Shown one piece after another: positions 19,246 through 26,792 of a stretch of 43,107 nucleotides of DNA. The notes under the pieces are model-generated. The model did not search any database. It had not been told where the DNA came from and worked only from the letters and a program-made list of their open reading frames with translations. This DNA is from Clostridia bacterium (lineage in GTDB: Bacteria; Bacillota; Clostridia; RUG12999). The number at the start of each line of letters is the position of its first letter. The first letter of the stretch is position 1. The stretch covers positions 1-43,107 of the forward strand of contig JAZRHB010000021.1 in the NCBI GenBank assembly GCA_045644605.1. Reading direction: 5' to 3'. Made by a program: the position numbers and the translations under genes.

Positions 19246-20030
19246 GCATTGCAAATAAGCTGACGATGGTTGCTGATAATGAGAAAAAAGTATATGATGC
19301 AGGGCAAGGGGCAGGTTATATTGACGGCTTTAATGACGGTTCGGCAAACGGAAAAAAGCTTGGCAAAGAAGAAGGAAAAAAAGAACAATATAACTTGTTT
19401 TGGAACAAGTTTCAACGATGGGATGAGGCAACGCAAACAACAAAAAGAGAAGACTACAGACGTGCTTTTGCTTATTGGTATTTAGCTGATGAAATATTTA
19501 AACCAAAATATGATGTTGTTCCTGTTGGTGATGCATCTTATATGTTTTGGAATTTCAGAACATGGGCTGATTTAACTAACATTACAAATATGGACGGCAA
19601 AGTTATAAACTTTGATTTTTCGAAAGTAACAAAATTTGCTTATATGTTTGATAATTCGTTGATTAAAAATGCGGGGACTGTAGATTGTAGTTCAACTAAT
19701 TCTTTAGACAATGCTTTTTTTAACGCAACAAGCCTTAAAACTATAGAAAGGCTTATACTGCACGAGAGGATTACAAGTTATAGTTATTGTTTTGCCAACA
19801 CGTCACTACTACAGGACATAACGGTTGAAGGAACTATTGCCGGAACAGGTATATTTCTTTCTGCACATACAGGATTAACACACGATAGCTTGATGAGCTT
19901 TATTAATGCTTTAAAAGATTATTCAGATACTGCTACAACAAAAACTATAACATTTGGTGCAACGAATTTAGCTAAATTAACCGATAGCGAAAAAGCGATA
20001 GCGACACAGAAAGGATGGACACTGGCGTGA
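19242..20030 (+). CDS. Putative receptor-binding/tail fibre protein with BspA/DUF285-like repeats
   Basis: Repeated YMF/NAF/YCF-type units (DFSKVTKFAYMFDNS, DCSSTNSLDNAFFNA) and the phage-type C-terminus LTDSEKAIATQKGWTLA. Confidence 0.6.
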   Translation: MSIANKLTMVADNEKKVYDAGQGAGYIDGFNDGSANGKKLGKEEGKKEQYNLFWNKFQRWDEATQTTKREDYRRAFAYWYLADEIFKPKYDVVPVGDASYMFWNFRTWADLTNITNMDGKVINFDFSKVTKFAYMFDNSLIKNAGTVDCSSTNSLDNAFFNATSLKTIERLILHERITSYSYCFANTSLLQDITVEGTIAGTGIFLSAHTGLTHDSLMSFINALKDYSDTATTKTITFGATNLAKLTDSEKAIATQKGWTLA

Positions 20031-20206
20031 TTGAAACGACAATTGAATTAAGAAAACTTACTGCTGCAGAGGGGATGACTTTAACAAATGGTGAAGAGTT
20101 TGGAAAAGAAATATTTCTTGGTAAAAATGACAGTGCTGATAACTGGTACGAAATAACAGATGAAGAAGCAGAAAACCTGCAGAAAGAGCAACCAATGGAG
20201 GAATAA
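20027..20206 (+). CDS. Small phage protein (possible fibre chaperone)
   Basis: GTGA overlap with the upstream stop; KLTAAEGMTLTNGE...IFLGKNDSADNWYEITDEEAE pattern often follows fibre genes. Confidence 0.6.
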   Translation: MIETTIELRKLTAAEGMTLTNGEEFGKEIFLGKNDSADNWYEITDEEAENLQKEQPMEE

Positions 20207-20207
20207 A

Positions 20208-20528
20208 ATGGAAGCTATAATAATGGCGGCAGGAATTCCATCTGCAATAACGGGGCTTCTTGTGTGGTGGGTAAAAAAGAAAATTGATAAGCAGGATGAA
20301 GAGCGTCAGGAACGCGAAAAAAATCAGGAACGGCTGATGATACTTATTATGCAGACGGGCAGGGCAACAAGTGTCCTGTCCGAAGCCACCGCCCGTGCGG
20401 TACAACGCATCCCCGATGCGCATTGCAATGGCGATATGAAAAAGGCACTTGATGATGCCAAACGAATTCAGACAGAAGAAAAGGATTTTCTTATAAACAA
20501 AGGGATTAAACATATTTTTGAGGAGTGA
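20208..20528 (+). CDS. Single-TM membrane protein of the lysis module (holin-like/accessory)
   Basis: GGAGG RBS; N-terminal TM ([16 protein letters not shown]), coiled-coil and HCNGDM motif. Confidence 0.65.
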   Translation: MEAIIMAAGIPSAITGLLVWWVKKKIDKQDEERQEREKNQERLMILIMQTGRATSVLSEATARAVQRIPDAHCNGDMKKALDDAKRIQTEEKDFLINKGIKHIFEE

Positions 20529-20533
20529 TTGGG

Positions 20534-20716
20534 ATGATGTGGATAAAAGCAGCAGGTATAAGGGCGGTTAAAACAGTGGCGCAGACGGCTATTGCAACAA
20601 TAGGAACGGCGGCTGCAATGGGTGATGTGAACTGGATTATGGTAGGAAGTGCAGCAATTCTTGCAGGTATATTGTCACTTCTTACATCTGTGGCAGGGCT
20701 GCCGGAAGTGAAATGA
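20534..20716 (+). CDS. Holin (phage r1t family)
   Basis: [22 protein letters not shown]...DVNW...[17 protein letters not shown]. Confidence 0.88.
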   Translation: MMWIKAAGIRAVKTVAQTAIATIGTAAAMGDVNWIMVGSAAILAGILSLLTSVAGLPEVK

Positions 20717-20717
20717 T

Positions 20718-21404
20718 ATGGATATAATTAAAGATTTTGTTCCGGCACATAAATACGGGCTGAAATGTCCGTATTCTATGGTGCCGGAATTTTTTGTAAT
20801 ACATAACACATCGGGAGATGCAAGCGCAAAAAACGAGATTGCATATATGAAGAATAATAACTTGCAGACAAGCTTTCATTTTGCTGTGGATGACGTTGGA
20901 GTTCGCCAGGGCATCCCGATTGACCGCAATGCATTCCATGCAGGCGACGGTATGAAAGGTAAGGGTAACCGCAAGGGGATTGGCGTTGAGATATGCTATT
21001 CCAAATCAGGCGGCGAGAGGTTTGAAAAAGCGGAGGAAAAAGCGGCGGAATTTGTGGCGGAAAAGCTGATAGAATTCAGATGGGGAATTGATAAAGTAAA
21101 AAAGCATCAGGATTTTTCGGGTAAATACTGTCCGCACCGCACACTTGACTTTGGCTGGGAAAGATTTTTGAAAAAGGTGGAATTATATATGGATTTACTT
21201 AAAAGGGTTGAAGCTCTTGAAAAAAAGACGGATAAATTTATCTATGCGTGGGTGGATGATAATATGCCGGACTGGGCAAAGCCTACGGTAACAAAGCTTA
21301 TGAATAAAGGGATTCTGAAAGGCGACGAAGAAGGCAAACTGAACCTTGATGAAACAATGCTACGTATGCTTGTTATAAATGACAGGGCGGGATTGTATGA
21401 TTAA
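20718..21404 (+). CDS. Endolysin, N-acetylmuramoyl-L-alanine amidase (Amidase_2, XlyA-like) with SLH-like C-terminus
   Basis: IHNT, SFHFAVDD, AFHAGDG, IGVEIC, KHQDFSGKYCP; C-terminal PDWAKPTVTKLMNKGILKG. Confidence 0.92.
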   Translation: MDIIKDFVPAHKYGLKCPYSMVPEFFVIHNTSGDASAKNEIAYMKNNNLQTSFHFAVDDVGVRQGIPIDRNAFHAGDGMKGKGNRKGIGVEICYSKSGGERFEKAEEKAAEFVAEKLIEFRWGIDKVKKHQDFSGKYCPHRTLDFGWERFLKKVELYMDLLKRVEALEKKTDKFIYAWVDDNMPDWAKPTVTKLMNKGILKGDEEGKLNLDETMLRMLVINDRAGLYD

Positions 21405-21924
21405 AAATAAATATGTGTCCTTCAGCGACAAGTGGAAACACCGTGTGTCGGTTGTTGATATTAAAAGGTGCTTGCCTTGTAAAGAAAAGCATGGTAAAAT
21501 ATATGGTATAGAGGAGTTTGTTTTTGATGCTCCGCCCGACCATTTATTCTGCCGCTGCAGAATTGAAAAAATGCGAGCAGTGATTGCAGGAAATGCAACG
21601 GAAAAAGGGGTGGACGGAGCGGATTGGTATCTGAAATATTACGGAATATTGCCGTATTATTATATTTCATATGACTATGCCGAAAAAGCAGGGTGGCGAT
21701 CTGGAAAGCCAAACTTACATTTAAAATGTCCGGGAAAGATGATAACAAGAGGACGATATAGAAACGACAACGGACACTTACCCTTAAGCCCCGGACGAAT
21801 ATGGTATGAGGCGGATATTGACTATGAAAGCGGAAGGAGAAATTCAAAGCGCATAGTATATTCCAATGACGGGCTGATTTTTGTTACATATGATCATTAC
21901 CATACATTTGTTGAAATAAAATAG
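21397..21924 (+). CDS. MuF-motif-barnase fusion (putative ribonuclease toxin)
   Basis: N-terminal CLPC..HGKIY....PPDHLFCRC (MuF/phage head morphogenesis C-terminal motif); remainder aligns by eye to barnase (YL..Y..LP..YI, GW, NL, PGK, WYEADIDY.SG.RNSKRIVYSNDGLIF.T.DHY.TF). Confidence 0.88.
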   Translation: MIKNKYVSFSDKWKHRVSVVDIKRCLPCKEKHGKIYGIEEFVFDAPPDHLFCRCRIEKMRAVIAGNATEKGVDGADWYLKYYGILPYYYISYDYAEKAGWRSGKPNLHLKCPGKMITRGRYRNDNGHLPLSPGRIWYEADIDYESGRRNSKRIVYSNDGLIFVTYDHYHTFVEIK

Positions 21925-21935
21925 GGGGTAGCAAC

Positions 21936-22259
21936 GTGAAAGAACATGATGAAAGCTATTATGAGTTTAAAGAAATAAAGGAAAATCCTATAATAATTGA
22001 TTTTTCTTCGTGTAGACCGGAGGAAATACATACAATGCTGAAAGAAAAATTCGGATTTCCGGAATATTACGGGGAAAACTTAAGTGCATTGTGGGATTGC
22101 CTTGATGGACTATTTTACGGTGAAGGAGAATATAAGGTGAAGATATACGGATACAATTCTCTTGATGAAGATGTTAAGGAATATTGCGGGAAAATACTAA
22201 AAATATTTGATGATGTACACAAACGAACACCAAACATAACCTTTGAAATTATTTCGTAA
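21936..22259 (+). CDS. Barstar family ribonuclease inhibitor (immunity protein)
   Basis: LKEKFGFPEYYGENLSALWDCL matches barstar LPEYYGENLDALWDCL; directly downstream of the barnase-like gene. Confidence 0.93.
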   Translation: MKEHDESYYEFKEIKENPIIIDFSSCRPEEIHTMLKEKFGFPEYYGENLSALWDCLDGLFYGEGEYKVKIYGYNSLDEDVKEYCGKILKIFDDVHKRTPNITFEIIS

Positions 22260-22261
22260 TC

Positions 22262-22290
22262 TTGACAATATTTCCCCAAAGTAGTAAAAT
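22262..22290 (+). promoter_or_regulatory. SigA promoter of htpG
   Basis: TTGACA(22262)-17-TAAAAT(22285). Confidence 0.75.
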
Positions 22291-22321
22291 ATATTTATAT
22301 TTTTTATTGGAGGCAAAGACT

Positions 22322-24115
22322 ATGGCAAAAGGTAATATTGCAGTACATACCGAGAACATTTTTCCTGTGATAAAGCAGTGGCTTTATTCAGACAAGGATA
22401 TATTTGCACGTGAGCTTGTTTCAAACGGCTGCGATGCTATTTCCAAACGCAAAAAGCTTGTGCTTGATGGGGAAGCAAAGGCGCCTGAAAAGTTTGAAAT
22501 TAAGGTTACGGTTGATAAACCTAATAAAAAGCTTATTTTCAGCGATAACGGACTTGGAATGACAGCTGAAGAAATCGAAAAATACATTACTCAGGTGGCA
22601 TTTTCCGGTGCGGAAGATTTCTTAAGTAAATATAAGGATGACAAAACCACATCCATAATCGGTCATTTTGGACTTGGCTTTTATTCCGCTTTTATGGTGG
22701 GTGATACGGTTGAAATTGAAAGTCTTTCGTATAAAGAGGGCGCAAAACCTGCAAAATGGAGCTGCGACGGTGGCACAGAATATGAAATCGGCGAAGGCTC
22801 AAGAACTGAGGTGGGTACGGATATTATCCTGAACGTAGGTGAGGAAAACGAAGAATTTCTTGACTATTCAAGAATAAGCGGAATTTTATATAAATATTGC
22901 TATTTCCTGCCCGTTGACATTTATGTAATAAACGCAGAGGATGAAAAATCCGGCGAAAAACCGTTTAACGATAAAGAGCCGCTGTGGCTTAAAAAACCGT
23001 CCGAATGCACAGAAGAGGAATATAAAGATTTTTATACAAAAGTGTTTATGGATATGGATGCGCCGCTGTTCTGGATTCATCTTAATGTAGATTTTCCGTT
23101 TAACTTAAAAGGCATCATCTATTTCCCGAAGCTCAAGCACGAGGCAAGCGGTCTTGAAGGACAGATTAAGCTGTATAATAATCAGGTGTTTGTTGCGGAT
23201 AATATAAAAGAGGTTATTCCCGAATATCTTATGATGCTCCGCGGCTGTATTGACTGTCCTGACCTTCCGCTTAACGTATCAAGAAGCTTCCTTCAGAATG
23301 ACGGATATGTTAAAAAGGTATCGGCACACATTATCAAAAAGGTTTGCGATAAGCTGACCGGAATGTTTAATACCGAACGTGAAACGCTTGAAAAATACTG
23401 GGATGACATCAGTCCGTTTGTGAAATACGGCAGCATGAGAGATGAAAGCTTTTACGAAAAAGTAAAAGATATTGTAATGCTCAAAACCACCAAAGGCGAG
23501 TATAAAACTGTTGCTGAATATCTTGAAAGTGCAGATGAAAAGCATAAAAATATCATTTATTATGCTACAAATGCGGATGTTCAGGCGCAGTATATCGATA
23601 TGTATGAACAAGACGGGGTAGAGGTGGTAACCTTCCCGCTTGCAATAGATACGCATTTTATGAGTTTCTGCGAATTTAAAAACCGCGATATAAGATTCAA
23701 ACGTGTGGATTCCGAAATCACATCGGGCGCAGAAACCGATAAGGATGTAGCGGAAAAGCTTACAAAAATATTTAAAGACAGCATTGGCGATGATAAGCTT
23801 ATTATAGAATGTCGTGACCTTAAAACGACAGAACTTCCTGCAATAATCAATATGTCGGAAGAGGCAAGAAGACTTAATGAAATGAGTGTTCTTATGGGTG
23901 GTAATATGCCCGAAATCCCCGATGAGAAGAAGCTTATTGTAAATACGGGCTGTGCAATCACATCATCAATTTTAGCAAGTGAAGATGAGGAGTATAACAA
24001 GCTTGTATGTAACTACATTTATGACCTTGCAAGCCTTGCACACGCACCGCTTACAAGCGAGCAGATGAAGGCTTTTCTTGACCGCTCGGCAAAAATACTT
24101 GAACGAACGAAATAA
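22322..24115 (+). CDS. htpG: Chaperone HtpG (Hsp90)
   Basis: LYSDKDIFARELVSNGCDA, DNGLGMT, IGHFGLGFYSAFMV, DLPLNVSR; GGAGG RBS before ATG 22322. Confidence 0.97.
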   Translation: MAKGNIAVHTENIFPVIKQWLYSDKDIFARELVSNGCDAISKRKKLVLDGEAKAPEKFEIKVTVDKPNKKLIFSDNGLGMTAEEIEKYITQVAFSGAEDFLSKYKDDKTTSIIGHFGLGFYSAFMVGDTVEIESLSYKEGAKPAKWSCDGGTEYEIGEGSRTEVGTDIILNVGEENEEFLDYSRISGILYKYCYFLPVDIYVINAEDEKSGEKPFNDKEPLWLKKPSECTEEEYKDFYTKVFMDMDAPLFWIHLNVDFPFNLKGIIYFPKLKHEASGLEGQIKLYNNQVFVADNIKEVIPEYLMMLRGCIDCPDLPLNVSRSFLQNDGYVKKVSAHIIKKVCDKLTGMFNTERETLEKYWDDISPFVKYGSMRDESFYEKVKDIVMLKTTKGEYKTVAEYLESADEKHKNIIYYATNADVQAQYIDMYEQDGVEVVTFPLAIDTHFMSFCEFKNRDIRFKRVDSEITSGAETDKDVAEKLTKIFKDSIGDDKLIIECRDLKTTELPAIINMSEEARRLNEMSVLMGGNMPEIPDEKKLIVNTGCAITSSILASEDEEYNKLVCNYIYDLASLAHAPLTSEQMKAFLDRSAKILERTK

Positions 24116-24121
24116 TACATT

Positions 24122-24153
24122 GACCGCATCATCTGATGCGGTCTTCTTTTTTT
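24122..24153 (+). terminator. htpG intrinsic terminator
   Basis: GACCGCATCA-TC-TGATGCGGTC followed by a T-rich tract. Confidence 0.85.
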
Positions 24154-24211
24154 GCCTTTTAAAATGGTAAAAAGCACCAAAACAGCGGCATTTATTCTAC
24201 GAAACCGACAA

Positions 24212-24240
24212 TTGACACAAGCATTGCAATTTGATATAAT
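24212..24240 (+). promoter_or_regulatory. Consensus extended SigA promoter P1
   Basis: TTGACA-17-TATAAT with TG at 24232. Confidence 0.85.
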
Positions 24241-24246
24241 AAAAAT

Positions 24247-24311
24247 GTATGTGCATAATATTTTCAGCTGATTTTTTACTCGTTATGCGTGAGGGGAAAT
24301 CAGCTTTTTTA
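24247..24311 (+). ncRNA. Candidate ~65-nt sRNA or attenuator leader
   Basis: Lies between promoter P1 and the hairpin AGCTGATTT...AAATCAGCT plus T run. Confidence 0.45.
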
Positions 24312-24327
24312 TTCCAAAAAAAGTATA

Positions 24328-24356
24328 TTGCCTTTTATATATATGTATGATATAAT
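24328..24356 (+). promoter_or_regulatory. Extended SigA promoter P2 of the polysaccharide locus
   Basis: TTGCCT-17-TATAAT with TG at 24348. Confidence 0.65.
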
Positions 24357-24524
24357 TAAAATGTATGTATTTTTGTTAAACAAAAATACATAGAGCCTAT
24401 GGTTCTTTAGCAGTCTGGCAACTGCACATTCCAATTGACGGCGTCGTAAAAATGCCCTTGCAAGCATTTTTACTCCTGGTAAAATTATATGATAAAGTAT
24501 TATAAAATGAAACGGGTGCAAGTT

Positions 24525-25649
24525 ATGAACAGAAAAATTTATCTTTCATCACCGTGTATGTGCGGAAAAGAACAGGAATACGTTAAAGAAGCGTTTGATA
24601 CCAATTGGGTAGCTCCGCTTGGCAAAAACGTAAACGAATTTGAAAACACAATTAAGGAGTATATCGGCGTTAAAGGTGCTGTTGCAATGAGTGCGGGAAC
24701 AGCGGCAATACATATGGCTCTTCGTGCGGCAGGTATCAGCAGCGACGATATTGTTTTCTGCCAGTCAATGACGTTTGCGGCAAGTGCAAACCCCATTGTT
24801 TATCAGAACGCCACACCCGTATTTATAGACAGCGAGCCTGATACGTGGAACTTAAGCCCCGAAGCATTAAGAAGGGCGTTTAAGAAATATAAAGCAAAAG
24901 CAGTTGTGGTTGTTCACCTTTATGGAACACCTGCAAAAATGGATGAAATTATGGAAATCTGCCGCGAAAATGGAGCTGCTCTTATTGAAGATGCGGCGGA
25001 AGGTCTCGGCGGTGAATATAAAGGCAAAAAGCTTGGCTCGTTTGGTGATTACGGAATTCTTTCGTTTAACGGAAATAAAATCATAACAACCTCGGGCGGC
25101 GGAATGCTTGTGGGTAACGATACGGATAAGCTTTCAACTGTTCTCAAATGGATAACACAAAGCCGCGAGCCTGCAAAATGGTATCAGCACGAGGAGCTTG
25201 GTTATAACTACCGTATGAGCAATATCTGTGCCGGCATAGGCAGGGGACAGATGCATGCACTCGAAGACCACGTTGAACAGAAAACAAAAATATATAATAA
25301 ATATATAGACGTATTTAAAGACATGCCCATTACCCTGCAGCCGTACGAAAGTCATGCAAAACCAAACCACTGGCTGTCAGCGGCAACAATAGACAAAACA
25401 TCGGACGTTTCGCCGTTTGATATAATGGATGTTCTTGCTGAACATAACGTAGAATCAAGACCAATCTGGAAGCCGATGCATATGCAGCCGTTCTATAAAG
25501 ATTGCGACTACTTTGAACACACAGAAGGCGAGGCTTCCGTAAGTGAAGACATCTTCAACAGAGGAATTTGCCTGCCAAGTGATTTTTATCCGCAAATGAC
25601 ACCTGAAGAACATGACGAAATAATAGAAATTATTAAGGGGTGCTTCTGA
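24525..25649 (+). CDS. DegT/DnrJ/EryC1/StrS sugar aminotransferase (EpsN/PglE/WcfR-like)
   Basis: TNWVAPLG, GTAAIHMAL, EDAAE, SFNGNKIITTSGGG (PLP Lys), GYNYRMSN. Confidence 0.93.
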   Translation: MNRKIYLSSPCMCGKEQEYVKEAFDTNWVAPLGKNVNEFENTIKEYIGVKGAVAMSAGTAAIHMALRAAGISSDDIVFCQSMTFAASANPIVYQNATPVFIDSEPDTWNLSPEALRRAFKKYKAKAVVVVHLYGTPAKMDEIMEICRENGAALIEDAAEGLGGEYKGKKLGSFGDYGILSFNGNKIITTSGGGMLVGNDTDKLSTVLKWITQSREPAKWYQHEELGYNYRMSNICAGIGRGQMHALEDHVEQKTKIYNKYIDVFKDMPITLQPYESHAKPNHWLSAATIDKTSDVSPFDIMDVLAEHNVESRPIWKPMHMQPFYKDCDYFEHTEGEASVSEDIFNRGICLPSDFYPQMTPEEHDEIIEIIKGCF

Positions 25650-26272
25650 TGTATAAAAAATACATAAAACGTGCATTTGACATTATCTGTGCCCTTGCCG
25701 CAATAATAGTTTTTTCGTGGCTGTACATAATTGTTGCAATACTTGTAAGGGTTAAACTCGGAAGCCCCGTGCTTTTCACACAGGACCGTCCGGGTAAGGA
25801 TGAAAAAATATTCAAGCTTTATAAATTCCGTACAATGACGGATAAAAGAGATGAAAACGGCAACCTTCTGCCTGATGATGTCCGTCTTACAAAATTCGGA
25901 CGGCTTCTTCGCAAAACCTCTCTTGACGAGCTTCCCGAAGCATTCAACATCTTAAAAGGTGATATGAGCGTTGTAGGCCCAAGACCGCTTCTTACGGAAT
26001 ATCTGCCGTACTATACGGAGGAAGAAAGACTTCGCCATACAATGCGCCCCGGCCTTACAGGTCTTGCACAGGTAAGCGGAAGAAACGCACTTACCTGGGA
26101 AGAAAAATTTGCGTACGATATTGAATATGTCAAAAACCCGACCTTTTGGGGAGATATAAAAATCATATACAAAACCGTTATAAAAGCATTTTTTAAGGAA
26201 GAAGGAATTCTTGTCGGCAAACAGCACATTGTCGGCAGGCTTGACGTTGAAAGACAAAAGCTGGAGGTATAA
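25649..26272 (+). CDS. Initiating phosphoglycosyl transferase (PglC/EpsL/WcfS-like)
   Basis: KRAFDI, YKFRTM, RKTSLDELP, GDMSVVGPRP, RPGLTGLAQV. Confidence 0.93.
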   Translation: MYKKYIKRAFDIICALAAIIVFSWLYIIVAILVRVKLGSPVLFTQDRPGKDEKIFKLYKFRTMTDKRDENGNLLPDDVRLTKFGRLLRKTSLDELPEAFNILKGDMSVVGPRPLLTEYLPYYTEEERLRHTMRPGLTGLAQVSGRNALTWEEKFAYDIEYVKNPTFWGDIKIIYKTVIKAFFKEEGILVGKQHIVGRLDVERQKLEV

Positions 26273-26275
26273 CCG

Positions 26276-26791
26276 GTGTACATAAAAGAGAATGACGTTG
26301 CAATCCGTAAATTTGACTTTGCGGATGTTGAACTTAAAGTTAAATGGATAAACGACGGAAAAAATAATAAATATCTGCACTATGCACTTCCTCTTTATGA
26401 GGATAAAACAGCCGAGTGGTGGGAGCGAACCAAGGATGCGGATGGCCGCCTTGACTGTACAATTCTGTATAATGATGAGCCTGTAGGACTTATCGGACTT
26501 CTTGGAATTGACAGGGTAAATAAAAAAGCAGAATACTATGTGTGCCTCGGCGAACATAGCTGCAAAGGGAAAGGCGTTGCCAAACAGGCAAGCCGCCTGC
26601 TTGTTAAGTATGCTTTTGAAGTCCTTGATTTAAACAAAGTTTATCTTTATACGGAAGAGGAAAACATTCCGGCACAAAAGCTTTTTGAAAGTCTTGGTTT
26701 TAGAAAAGAGGGACTTCTTATTGAAGACCTTATATATAACGGCAGAAAAGTAAACAGATTTGTATATGGACTGCTGAAAGAAGAGGTATAG
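26276..26791 (+). CDS. GNAT (RimJ/PseH-like) N-acyltransferase
   Basis: GKGVAKQA acyl-CoA motif, LNKVYLYT, NIPAQKLFESLGFRKEG. Confidence 0.85.
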   Translation: MYIKENDVAIRKFDFADVELKVKWINDGKNNKYLHYALPLYEDKTAEWWERTKDADGRLDCTILYNDEPVGLIGLLGIDRVNKKAEYYVCLGEHSCKGKGVAKQASRLLVKYAFEVLDLNKVYLYTEEENIPAQKLFESLGFRKEGLLIEDLIYNGRKVNRFVYGLLKEEV

Positions 26792-26792
26792 G

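Larger units (their letters stand above)
7473..22259 (+). mobile_element. Phage-derived head-tail-lysis gene cluster lacking integration/replication/immunity modules (GTA-like or defective prophage)
   Basis: About 20 co-oriented virion, lysis and toxin genes in canonical siphovirus order with no visible frameshifts; no integrase, repressor or replication genes in the flanks; the htpG -35 begins 3 bp after the last stop. Confidence 0.85.

Noticed and set aside
19242-20030. Diversity-generating retroelement target
   Set aside because: No reverse transcriptase or template/variable repeat pair visible in the window.
13848-21404. F-type tailocin (tail-only bacteriocin)
   Set aside because: Terminase, portal, scaffold and capsid genes are present and appear intact; there is also no sheath gene, so it is not an R-type/contractile system.
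22262-22321. CIRCE or CtsR operator upstream of htpG
   Set aside because: No TTAGCACTC-type inverted repeat or CtsR heptad repeat seen; only a SigA promoter.
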